NCBI GenBank assembly: GCA_900617105.1 | Contig: UYFQ01000098.1 | Span: 1 to 64,000, forward strand | DNA from: Hydrurus foetidus | Taxonomy: Eukaryota | Length of the DNA stretch: 64,000 nucleotides | Reading direction: 5' to 3' | Shown here: piece by piece, positions 1-19,200 of the stretch | Layout of the letters: each line of letters starts with the position of its first letter | Position numbering within the stretch: position 1 is the stretch's first letter | Translations under genes and position numbers: made by a program | The notes under the pieces: model-generated | What the model was told of the DNA's origin: nothing | The model's database searches: none | Seen by the model: the letters and a program-made list of their open reading frames with translations, nothing else

Positions 1-128
1 TATGTATGTATGTATGTATGTATGTATGTACGTACGTATGTATTTATGTATGTACGCACACATGATATGTGTCTATGCAAGTATCTGTTAACTCCCAACA
101 GATCTGATTGCTCAGCGCATAATCTCAC

Positions 129-7709
<7,581 letters not shown>

Positions 7710-8168
7710 TGTCACAAATGTAGTATAACAAGTGAAGTTTTTCTCGGGCTTTCAATTATATTAACCGTTCCTCATAATAAGCTACAGCTGACCCAATTTG
7801 TTCGCGAGTTTGATCGACCGTGAGATACTCCTGTTCTCAAATGCGCTTTCAATTTTTGTTCGAATAACGTTTTCATAGATCGAGATTGACTCTAGCAGAG
7901 AGTGTTCCAAAAGAAAACCAAAAATCAAAAATCCGGTTTCGTTGTCAAATTTTTGTGCTCTGCCGTACATACTGCACGACACACTTCGTACGTGTGCCGT
8001 GTACTGGAGGAAATTGTAAACGTATGCGCTAAGCTACGGATGACGTGCCAATGCTCTCATCTATCCACTCGTATGGGAGATTTCTGCTATCGACATCAAC
8101 AGTTTCTGACGCAAGCAAAAAGGGGAATCTGTTTGATAGTGAGAGCAGCTTCTCAAGATTACTAGATA
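7710..8168. promoter_or_regulatory. Probable bidirectional promoter, HID1 / Prx-like gene
   Basis: Divergent ATGs about 460 bp apart; no specific motif identified. Confidence 0.45.
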
Positions 8169-9641
8169 ATGATGGCGAACAATTTTCTCCCTCTCCTTCT
8201 ATTCTCGACTTTCAGCCTCTCTTCCGGTTTTATCGCTTCAAATCTGCATCATCAGAATCTACCGTTCTCTAGATCTCTAATTTGCGATCAAGACAACAAA
8301 CTCATCTGTCATGCCAGTAGGATGCCTGTTTTCGATGCAGATGACGAGGAACAACTAAGAAAGATAATGGCTGGTGAATTCTGGGAAGATGATATGCCAG
8401 ATTTCAGTGATAATCTGCCTACGAGAGAAAAAGTTAGAGCGAAAGTTGTCACAAGTGCTCCTCCACCTGTAACCAATGTGGCCTCTAACTCAGTGTCCGA
8501 GAAAAGAGTCACTGCACCTAATGCAAACTGGCGAACAGCAACTGATGCTGAAAGGGCACAGACTAAAGCTAATCCACTTTTGATTCCAAAACCTGCGACT
8601 TTAATAAAGAAGAAGAAGCCCATTCCTGCTCCATCTTCCGACTACTTAGATTTTTCTGATCTCGATTACGATGATTTCGAGTCAGCGATGAGGTTAGTCA
8701 TGCATTGCTGTGGCAAACACTTCACAAATACAAGATTCTTATCTTCTTTCCCCACAAATACTGTATGGTAGGGAAGAAGAGAATGGTGGTATGAATCCTG
8801 GAGGAGGTGGCAGCAAGAACACAGCAGCGCCAGAACAGCATGCTGGTTTAGATTCTGCTGACGTTGTTCCGAGCTATGTCTGGGATGGTCTACTGGATTC
8901 CGATGGACTTCCGTATAAATTCAGCAGGTTTGTTAGCATCCTGTCAAGAATTCTGTAACAAACCTAATTTAAATCTTGCGAAGGACTAATTATTTACTCC
9001 GATGATTGTTTTTTCAGTTTACATAAAGGCACAACGGATCTGGTAATTATATATGCCGACCCAAGACGGATGACGGATGAATTTAAAATCATTTTAAATC
9101 AATTTAGCAGACTTCCTTTGATAAGTCTCAAGGTAGCATCGTGCGCTATTAATTGCGATGATACCAATGACCACAGAAAATACGTAAAGAAGAATAAATT
9201 AACGTGTACCTTGCTATCCGATCCTACTAGAAAGGTAAGAAAAAGTAAACTGCTGCGTAAAAACATCTCTTAACAGATGCAGTGATGCCTGTTTTAACTG
9301 AATTGTTTTGCATTTTTATAATAATCCATGTCGTTTTCATCCGTGTATCCTTTAAAATCTTCCAGCACACCTTATCAAGTGTCACTTATAGTTTTCACCA
9401 ATCCCGTCACGTGTAACTCACGATTATTGATGTCCAGTTTATGGACGCTACGAAATGCCGGACACCCGGGCGAATTATGTCGTGTCTAATGATGCTTGAC
9501 GTGAAATCAGAAAAAGTGCTCAAAGTGTGGTATGAGAATGATTGGGACGCATTCACAACGAAGGATTTGTTAGTGGAAGAAATTAAATTGTACCGTGACA
9601 ATCCAGTATCTTACATTCAGTCCCAAATTGGAATAAGATAA
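8169..9641 (+). CDS. Plastid-targeted AhpC/TSA (PrxQ/BCP-like) thioredoxin-fold protein without peroxidatic Cys; 4 exons
   Basis: Hydrophobic signal then SSG-FIAS. Exons ~8169-8691, 8772-8928, 9018-9234 and 9438-9641 join in frame. C-terminal LLDSDG...LVIIYADPRRMTDEF...AINCDD...HRKYVKKNKLTCTLLSDPTRK resembles the BCP fold. Confidence 0.7.
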
Positions 9642-10812
9642 ATAAGATTATTCTTCGAGGTGATTAATGGGATGGATATGCTGTTAGAGTGTATGCTTTC
9701 CTTTGATTATCTTGCTAGTTTCTAATCTGTTTATTTATTTATTTATCTATCTATCTCTTCTATCTGTACATACGCACGTTGTTGATATAGACCATTGCTT
9801 GGCCCATATTTTTCTCATATTTTGTATAAACATTGAATAAATATGACTTAAATAAATTATGTAAACTTTGAAGAGAATAAGCATTGTAAGTGCGATAAGA
9901 GTGCACAAGAAACAGCGTGTGAATACAGCAGTCACGTAGAGACTGCGGTATGATGTACACTTAGCAGTAATGATAATAGGATCAATAATCAAATCAATGT
10001 ATACTTCTTGCCTTATGCAGCGTAACTGTTAGTGTTTCTGTCTGAATGTAGACTGTGTGTATTGTGTATTCCCATCCAAGCTCACCCTCCCGTCAGCTAC
10101 TGTACCGTACCACTGCCCTGTTGAACCGTCTGTACGCTGCACTAACTAAAGACTACTGTGATAGGTCCTCAGTCGGTAGTACGATTATGATGTTAGTACC
10201 GCATGGCACGTCCGATGCTGTATGTACTATGTACTGTCCCGTTTACCGGGAGGTGGCGTCCCAATACGGTAGTCACGTCTGACTGACCCCAACAAATACA
10301 AAAACCACGACATTCTCTGCATGGGAAAAACGTACGTCATGTGGAGTAGATAATGAAAAAGTCATAAAGGAGAAAGTGCTACTGGAAGAATGTTTTCTCG
10401 AGTTGTACTGATTAATGTTGTGATTACTTGGACATAGTTCTTTAGAGAATTGAGCTGTGGTATGAATTGATACACTTTGTCTTTTGAAAATTGTGGATAC
10501 GTAATGATCTAGTTTGTATCCGAACGCTCACGAACTCGCTCGTCCAGTGATAAACTTGGAGACGCTTGCGACACCTCGGGATCCGGGAGTGTGGGTAACT
10601 TCCATCAAATTTTGACAGAGCGAGGGTACGTTTATGTTCGACTAAATTATGCGTCAATCCTCTCGTCTATCGAATCCTCTGTCGGGTCGGGAGTTGAGTT
10701 CAAGAGGTGCTTATCAAGAAATGCGAATGAAAGATTGATATGATCTGAGGTGAAATTCGGATAAAGAAATAATTTGCTATGTCGGACTGAGAATGACACT
10801 CCACATTGAGAG

Positions 10813-11477
10813 ATGATCAAACTGCATTACCTGCTACTCGTTTTCCTGCTAGTTAGGGCTCACGATAGGACGATTCATCCATGTCCTAGAGGGTCCTACA
10901 GGTAAATTGAAGAGAACGTGTAATCCTCAATTTGCAGAAGACAAGACGGCAGCAGAAGGGAATGCCATCGTCTATCGTCGAGTCTACACTCATCCGAAAT
11001 AATCGTTTGTAATACCTTTTTCTTTCGATGAAGAGCCGTTGATCCTCACGTCTGTGAGTTATGTCCAAAGGGCTACTATGGATCAACAAGTGGTCTCACA
11101 GATCCGTTGTGCACAGCACCATGCCCAATTGGAACCTACAACGATAAATATGGTGCACAAACCCCCGATGAGTGCATCGATTGCCCTGCAGGATACTTCG
11201 GAGGCCAGACTGGACAAACAGAGAAAGAAGTGAGAAAGCCGACAAGACAAAAATGAATGCTCGCATTATAAGCAACTTATGCATCTCATCAATCAATTTA
11301 TCATAGTGCACAGGAAAGTGTGCCTTAGGAACGTACAGTAAGCTTAAGGGTCAAACTTCACAAGCTGGTTGCACTGCTTGTCTCCCGGGATACTACATGT
11401 ATCAGTGCAACTCCGAGCAGCAGTATGCTGCTGGAGTAGGTTTAGTTGTTCCTCGAGCTGATTTGCACACCTCCTAG
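10813..11477 (+). CDS. Small secreted cysteine-rich repeat protein (GCC2/GCC3, ephrin-receptor-like CPxGxY repeats), ~151 aa, 3 exons
   Basis: Exons 10813-10901, 11034-11229 and 11307-11477 translate to MIKLHYLLLVFLLVRAHD...CPRGSYRAVDPHVCELCPKGYYG...CTAPCPIGTY...CIDCPAGYFG...CTGKCALGTY...CTACLPGYY. Both introns are GT-AG. Not in the ORF track. Confidence 0.8.
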
Positions 11478-11837
11478 ATATTTCAATGTTATACGTAGTT
11501 ATACACGTCTCGATTGCTCTCTGTATCGCTTTTAAGAATGATATTCGATTTCGAGAGAGGCGAAGCATTGACCCAAGTTGAGTTCAGTTTTGCAAATTAG
11601 TCTCTGCGAAGTAGTATTCGAAAAATAAATTCGTTGTTAGAATTTAGAATGTTGAGGAGTTACCATATCTAAATTTCGTGTTTGAAAAGTGCACCCGAAG
11701 AATTGTAATCGTATGTAATTTCCAGTAAATATATTACATGGTGGTTCGCATTAAGAACTGGTAGAACTGTGCAAGTTTGGTATACGGAAGACTTTGTACA
11801 TGACTCAATAGGAAACACGAGAATTTAATCTCTTTTC

Positions 11838-12676
11838 TTAGGGGACCGCGGCAGGCTCTACTGGCTTAGCATTTGATATAAGCTCTAACTCGTCTCCTGC
11901 GAAATGCGCAATCCACTTTCGCTCAAAAAATCCTGCAGGAATGCCATTTCCATCGACTTCAAATTGTACTCTTAAAGGTGTTATGGCTGAACATAAAGCC
12001 TGCGGTAAGAAAAAGAAATTGAGGGAACTCGATCGCTGTATTCTTCTTTCGCAGATGTTATTTCTACCTTCTCTTTTCGCCCATACATAGCCATGGATAC
12101 AACGGTGCCTTCATAATCTTTACAGATGAAACCATCTTTCGAGTGCTGTTTGACACTCCATATCCTAATATCGCTTTTCACCTAACGTCAAGTAAAAGTA
12201 GATCAGTTGCCAGAAATGCATCAGCGTATTTCAGCGTCACGAAAGGTTCTGCGCATTTCTGGGATAAAATTCTCTTGGACAGAGTGACAGAACCACTGGT
12301 GTATCAAAATACTTCTCTCTGTGATGACATTGTATAAGTGTTTTCTGTGATGAAACGCCTACCGCACCTTCACGACATCTCCTACTTTAAATTTCCCTTC
12401 ATATCCGTGAGTCAACCCCTTTTCTTCATCTGTTCTTGTATCTGACTCATCCTTCACATCCTCTTCTTCAAAGTCAAATACAGTTATTTTAGAATCATAT
12501 CTGCGCGAGCACTTTGCTTCTTTCGCATCAAGTTGCTTATTGACACTGCCACAGTTCCGAAAAATGAAAGGCGCTCCTACGCTTCTGGACACTGGAGCGA
12601 AAAACGAGTTGACAGTCGTTGTAAATGACAGGAAAAGTGCCGCTGATAGAAGCATCAATCGCCAAGCTCGAAACAT
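11838..12676 (-). CDS. ftrV: Ferredoxin-thioredoxin reductase variable (alpha) chain, plastid-targeted; 3 exons
   Basis: Signal peptide + VNS-FFAP (ASAFAP-like). Spliced domain KVGDVVKVKSDIRIWSV...DYEGTVV...SAITPLRVQF...KWIAHFAGDELELI follows the FTR-alpha pattern VGDRVRV...GxEGEV...SANLPxxVxF...FxAHFxxDE. Confidence 0.8.
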
Positions 12677-14083
12677 TATTAAAGCTGTATGCAACAAATA
12701 TCAGACTTGTGTATCAACTGCACAGTTGTTACGCCTGTAGAAGAAGTCGTTGGAAAAATATGCCGCGATGAAGAAGGTCTGTCTCAATATCCTCGGCGTC
12801 CCTTCCTGCAATTACAGTAGCACCGATATGGTAGGCTTGTGTGACATCGATGCTATCACGTTCGCGCACACGTCTGTCGTCTGTCTCATTCGGGTTCAAA
12901 GCATCCCACCAAAATTACTGTTTTGGACAGTTTGCGTCAAATGAAGCCTTCTTTTGTTCCGATCGGTTTCCGGCTGAACTTCAACGACAGCAAGAAAAAC
13001 GTTCGTTTTACTTTTTTATCCCCAACCGTACGCCATACGTGTGGTATCTAAATGTACGTCACCACTTCATCCACGTCAGCACTTCAACAAACATGACATC
13101 ACAACTAACAAAATCGACCATAGCAAATTTCTTATTTCATCTCAGAGATGGTGCACTACTTCTTAATATCTGGTAATTAATATTTCGGATTTCTCCATCG
13201 AATATGGTGACTGGAGTGGACGAAGTGCCTTTTCGACATTCACAAATAACATCTGATTGCATTCCATGAGGAGGCAGTCGGTGATGATTGTCATAATCAT
13301 TGGCAGGGAAGATACTTTAAACAAGAATAAGGCAGTTAGTTTTATGATATGCTGATGAAGGAGTGAGTAAAGATCACCTGTTAGCAGGGAACGAGCATTA
13401 AATTCGCACTGGCTTCTTCGAGCTTGACAACAATGAACTCACCAACCAATAGATTGATCTCATCCTGAAAATTATGGATGATTTCGCGCCGTTCTTGCGT
13501 ATCCACTGCCGCGCGGTTACTAGCTCATGAGCCAACTGACATACCTCGCCCTGTATTTCAATACCTAGGAGCGGTCTGCTATCACACTTTCAGGGAATTG
13601 GGTGCTTTCTCGTAAAGTCATATGATAGTCACAAGTGTCGCATATCACTTCATAAGGCCACTTTGAGTGCTGTAGCGCTTGTAGTTGAAAGTATCTGTGG
13701 CTGACTTATTATTACTCAAAGTGCGCAACTACTTGCTGTCTGAATTGTCAGGCATTAGTCAACGCTACATGCAAATCAATCTATCATGATGACAAAATGA
13801 GGTGCGGTTACAGTCAAGGTACCAATCGTAATGGTATGACTAGAGCTTGTGGCCGGTGCCTTGGCCGGTCGGCCAGGCTGGCCGGCCTGGTATATATGAC
13901 ACATCACGTACGGTACTGTGCACATTATGTACTTACTATACACTTGGCTTCGCACCATCGTAGAACTTCACCGACAGTTTCCATCCATATCAATGGCTGA
14001 CTGCTCGACACATCAGCGAGGAGCAACGCCCCCGCCAATCAATTGTCGCTCATGTACCCCTCCCAACGCGCAATCTTTTCTCC

Positions 14084-15158
14084 ATGATGGAGTTGTTGGG
14101 AGTGAACCAAATCAGTCATATTCCCATTCTTCTTCATGACTATATCTTCAGCGGTGGAATACTGAAAGGAGGCTCATGGGGTGGGAAGGAGTGTCGGGAC
14201 ATCATATCTTTAGAATCACATTCTATCGAACTGATAGTATGGTTTCTGATTTGTTCGATAATCTTCAAACTTTGCGGACACAAGGAGATATATCGTGAGA
14301 TGGTTTTCAAAGCGGACAGTATACTGAGAAATCACCGGCGCACCTCTCTTTCACAAACTTTGGATGTAATGTTCGCTGTGTTACATTTTGGGATATGGTT
14401 CTTGGTGCTGTACTATAAGATTACTCTTCATTCACTCATCAATTTGTGCCAGCCATGCCATATAGCACTTTTTGTGCAAGGTGTTGGCGTTTTAACTGGA
14501 GGTGCTAAGGGAGCTATCCTGGGAATACTTTCGTTACCACTGGTTATTGGTCCTATTGGTGCTTTAATTGTGCCAGCGTTGGATGGATTAGATCAGCCAT
14601 ACGAGGAACTTTTCTTCTTCATTCAGCACTATCTTCTGCTTATAACACCTCTTTTTTTACTCTTGCGGAATAACTATTGTGCTTACAAATTGGTCACTTT
14701 CAAATCCTTTCTATTTGCTAACTGGGCAATCCTTGTTCTGCACTGGTTCGTATTCGCGGTAAGATATTCGTCATTGCATACAAACTTGCTATATTATCTA
14801 ACAGTTCTCATTTCTCATTTTACCTTTATCTTCTGGACATATACAGCCTGTAAATAGGCACTTCGAAGTAAACGTCAATTTCATGTTGTGTCCATCGGAA
14901 GGAATGAGCAGATCCTTCGCTGTTCTTCCTTCCTGGCTCCTATGGCCTAGTTACCGAACTCTAATAGTGGGAGCGTTTTTCCTGCTATCATTTCCAATAT
15001 GTTACTTCTACATGGGATTGTGCGCAGTCATTATATTTCTCAATGAATGCATTGGTGGCACACAAAATAACGAAACAAAGAACGGACATTTCAAGTGTAC
15101 AAAGGCAGCTGGCGAGTTGTATGAGGATAATAGATACAGATTGACGAAAGAAAAATAA
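14084..15158 (+). CDS. TMEM164: TMEM164-family multi-pass membrane protein; 2 exons
   Basis: GGKEC, INLCQPCH and FFIQHYLL motifs; after the GT-AG intron at ~14759-14847 it reads VNVNFMLCP. Confidence 0.85.
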
Positions 15159-15679
15159 AGTAAACTGATAATCGATCACATAATCCTAAAATTTATTTCA
15201 CCTAGAAACGGAAGTTGAATTACATCTTAGCATATTTGGCTCATGCTACCGTGAACAGTAAATTTGGGTCCGCACTTACATATTTACATTCAGAAAGTTT
15301 CACTGGCTGGTTGTATAGGGCTCAAATAAACGCAATTCTTCACAGATTTCTCCGCGACTTTCACAGAATACAATATGGAACTGCTTAGAGGGAACGTCTT
15401 CAAGACTCCAGCTATGTGATGGTTCTCAGTCGGTGTTGGAAATTAGGAATACATTGCCGAAATCAACACCCATCGGGTATCTGAAATTTCTGTAACACTT
15501 TTGAATGTCTGAGGTATCAATCGACCTGACCGATTCTAATTTTGATGAATACGCTCATTACTGTGATAACTGGAACGTGCACTAGGCAGATAAAGCTGCC
15601 GCACAGATCTGGCTTCATCATGTGAAGTAACAACACCGAGATCACTCTACGTACGTGCGCCACAAACTGTTATACGTGA

Positions 15680-15843
15680 GGGTCATTCTGTAGTTATACA
15701 GACACGGTTTTGCGGAATTTTGCGGAATTCAGGCGAATTCAGCGGAGAACAGCCACGGAATTCGGTAAAATTCAGAGGGGCAACGAATTCAATCGAATTT
15801 CTCGATTGAATTCGTCCAAATTCGTCGACGTATGGAATGACCC
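15680..15843. mobile_element. PIF/Harbinger (Tourist)-like MITE rich in GAATTC motifs
   Basis: Perfect 9-bp TIR GGGTCATTC / GAATGACCC flanked on both sides by TGA (3-bp TSD). Confidence 0.7.
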
Positions 15844-16257
15844 TGAGGGTTTCCCCCTAATTGTTACACGGCCACAGCATCCTTAATTCACATCCGCTAT
15901 TAGTTAGAAGTAAGCTCGACCATTCTGTAGTCTCATTCCAAGGCTGACCCATTCCATCGCTTCCTTCAATTTTCAAATTTCAAATACCGTACTGTAACTG
16001 TAACCCCCCTTGCACTCCGCAGTTGGTCACCGGATTCGAGGGTCGTGATTCCACTTTAGGGTCCGAGTTCCTCAACAATCCCACACCGTTTCGTCGTTTC
16101 GTCAGCTTTCGGCCAATAAAATTTTTATTTTGGGAAAGTGACCATGACGGAGATTTGAGATTTACGATCAACATCACAACAACCTTGACCTGCTGGCGGC
16201 CGCTGCCTCAGAAGCATTCGCTGTCCAACTCCTCTTCGAAGCGTCAGAGGAGTGACA

Positions 16258-19200
16258 ATGCCGGCAGTGAAATCGCCAGCAAAACTGGCTACTCCAAAGG
16301 CTGCGAGCGAGTTAGACGCTCTCCAGAAATCTTATGACGACTACGTCGAGTCCTCCAAAGAGTTCGAGGGTGAGCTTGAGCACGCCCTCAAGGAAGCCGA
16401 GGACAAGCTTTTAGAGGTCACTGCGAAGAAGCAGCAATCCGAAGCGAAGTTAGCCACGTCGCAAGCAAAATCTGCACAACTCTCCAAAGAAATATTGAGT
16501 GTTCAAAATGATCTAAAAAAAGCTCGGGACAGAGTTGGACTGATGGATGAATCTACCAAAAAACTTGAAACAGCAAATGATTCTCTATTAGAAAAAGTGA
16601 GAATTTTGGAGTCAACAGAAGGTGACAACTATACAATCTGCTATCCGATGCCTGAAAGTTTGAAGTATTGAAACTCACCACTATCATTCAAATCGCCGTG
16701 TAGCGGACTTGACACACAAACTGGAGAATGCTGAAGAAGACATCGTATTTCTGCAATCAGATCTCAGTGATGCAAAAGAACAACGATCACAAACAGAGTT
16801 ACGGCTTCGAGAAGAAATTAATTCTCTTCAAACCGAACTGAGCTTGATGAGTAAGGGCATCTGCGACAAAAATTTATTCTGCGTTATATCTTAAGATTTT
16901 ATTTGCTTAATGAGTCATCTGTTCTGCCATTATCGTTTTTGGTGTCTATGTGTTCTCAGTACTATTGGTACTTATTTGTTTCCATTATTTCCATCTTGAG
17001 TATCTACACGTTCCGTTAGATCATTTACGATTTTATCTGCGCTTTTATCACCATTAAATTATTAATAACAAGGCTCTTTTTAATTCGTTTTTTCGCACAG
17101 GCGTTGGAAAATCAAGTGGTGATTACAAATCTCACAACACAACACCCACTTCATCTCCAAATCCAAAAACACCGGAAATAATGGAAACACCGAAAAGTGA
17201 GGGGGGTGGGGAACGGTCCAGTCCGGTCAACCCGGTCCATTTTACACAGGTTTTAGAACAAACACTAATGACGTACGAATACATGCAATTAATCTTCTCG
17301 CTTCTTCATTGAAATGTGTCTAGGAGAACACTTTTGAATGTGGAGATATAGTAGACGTTATCTAAAGGATGAATAATTTATGAATTATGTAATGCAGGAG
17401 AGAGATTCTGATGTCGAAGATTTTTCATCAAAACTTTTGGAATCAGAAGCACAGAACAATGATCTTCGGAATGAAATAGGAAGATTAACAGAACAAGTGC
17501 TGAGCTTGAATCATCTCCCAGCCGTTTTAAAAACACATAAAACGAGGGAATTGAAATTAGAAGCGTTGGTAAGAGGATTGAATACACAACTATTCGAAGC
17601 GAAAGGATTTCTAGTGGAATTAGAGGAGTCTAATACTTTATTAGAAGAAACAAATACCGAATTGTATGTAGCGAATTCTGATTTGGATGCTTTGAACATT
17701 GATTTGGAGGAAGAAAATAGTACGTTAAAAAACGAGAATGTCGGATTAAGAGAAGAAAACTCTCTACTAGAAGATAAATTCCTAATATCAAAACAATTCG
17801 CACTGGAAAGCAATGAAGAACTGCAGGAAGCAAAGAGAGATCTTGCGGAGAAGAATAGACAGCTTGCTGCACTGCAGAATAATATGGAAGAGCATTCCTC
17901 AGAAAAAGCGGAAAAAGATCTGGAAATTATAAAATTAAAAGCCGACTTTGCGGCTGCTTTGTTACAGCTAGAAACGGTTAAAGTTCAACTGTCCGTACAG
18001 CACGCTTCATCTGCCGATATTGTACGTGCCGTCCATACGCCACCTTCCAGGAGAGAAGAGACAGAGGGAGTGATTATTCGATTACAGCAAACAATTAATG
18101 ATCTGACAGAACGTTCTGAGTTCTTTTTCACTGATAAAAAAGAAGAAGAAAATGATGACGTAGCGGCTGAGAGGGGACACGGCCAACTTATAACGGAACT
18201 CCGGAACAGCGTGGACAGTTTACAAGAGACTTTAGAAGGGTTTGAATTCAATTTACAGCATGCAGCAGCACAACTCAAGGTTGGAAGAGATGCTCTCAAT
18301 GATGCGGAATTTGAGAGGGACCAACTGAACTGTAGCGTACAAAGGCTGGGAGAGAGATTACACGCAAGAGAGGTGAAGGTTAAATCGGCTCAAAAAGACA
18401 AAGAAAAAGAAAAAAAGATGGACGGGGAGATAGCTTTTGGAATCAGTATATTAGACGCTGATTCCTTTCCTGAAAGGTCTCTGACGTACTCCAATCCATC
18501 CACACCAACCACTGCAAAGACGAACACTTACGTACTAGATCAAGCTAATGATTGGGAGGCGGAACGTATTCAACTGTTAGCACGGTGCAAGGCGTACAGA
18601 CAAGAGATTGACGACACGAGAGCCCAGGCGGCTATACAACAGAGACAAGCGCTGCTAGCTGACTTCCCAACTTCAACTTCAACATCTCCGAGATCCGCTA
18701 CCCGCCGTTCAGCCATTCCAAAGCCAACAACACTATTCGTGCCAATTGCAATAGCCGCTGCATCGGACTCCAACGTAAAAGAGAGTCAAAAAGAAAATGA
18801 GGAAGAAAAAGAAAAAGGGGAGGAGGTTGAAAAAGAAAGAGAAGGGAGAGAAAAAGGGAAGAATGAGGGAAAAGGAAAGGGAAAGGATAAGGCGAAGAAG
18901 AGAGAGAATGAGAATGTGTCGCCAGAAATGGTCATAGTAGAAGAAAAAAGTGAGATAGTGTTGTGCGGCAATACAAGTGTAAGAACAGCAGCTGAGAAGG
19001 CGATGACGTCATCCGATGTAGAAGCTCTTAGAACGGAATTGGCTATGCAACTAGACAGATACGAGTCAGTGCGTTCGACCAATGCAAAACTCCTCCAGAA
19101 ACTGCAAGCTGTTAAAGGCAATATCCAAGTGTGTTGCCGCACACGCCCACCGACAGATAACGAGCTGGCAGCAGCACAGTTAAACAATTTAACCGGCACT

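Noticed and set aside
10902..10937. 36-nt micro-intron in the Cys-rich gene
   Set aside because: That acceptor leads to a stop; the acceptor at 11033 gives a clean in-frame repeat.
13140..13760. Possible small spliced gene on the minus strand (MPDNSDSK.., ..QERREIIHNFQDEINLL..)
   Set aside because: Splice-like sites exist, but my models needed introns of 25-38 nt or ended early, and no family was recognisable. Needs RNA-seq.
16000..16080. tRNA-like TCGAATCC on the minus strand
   Set aside because: No GGTTCGA T-arm or cloverleaf could be built.
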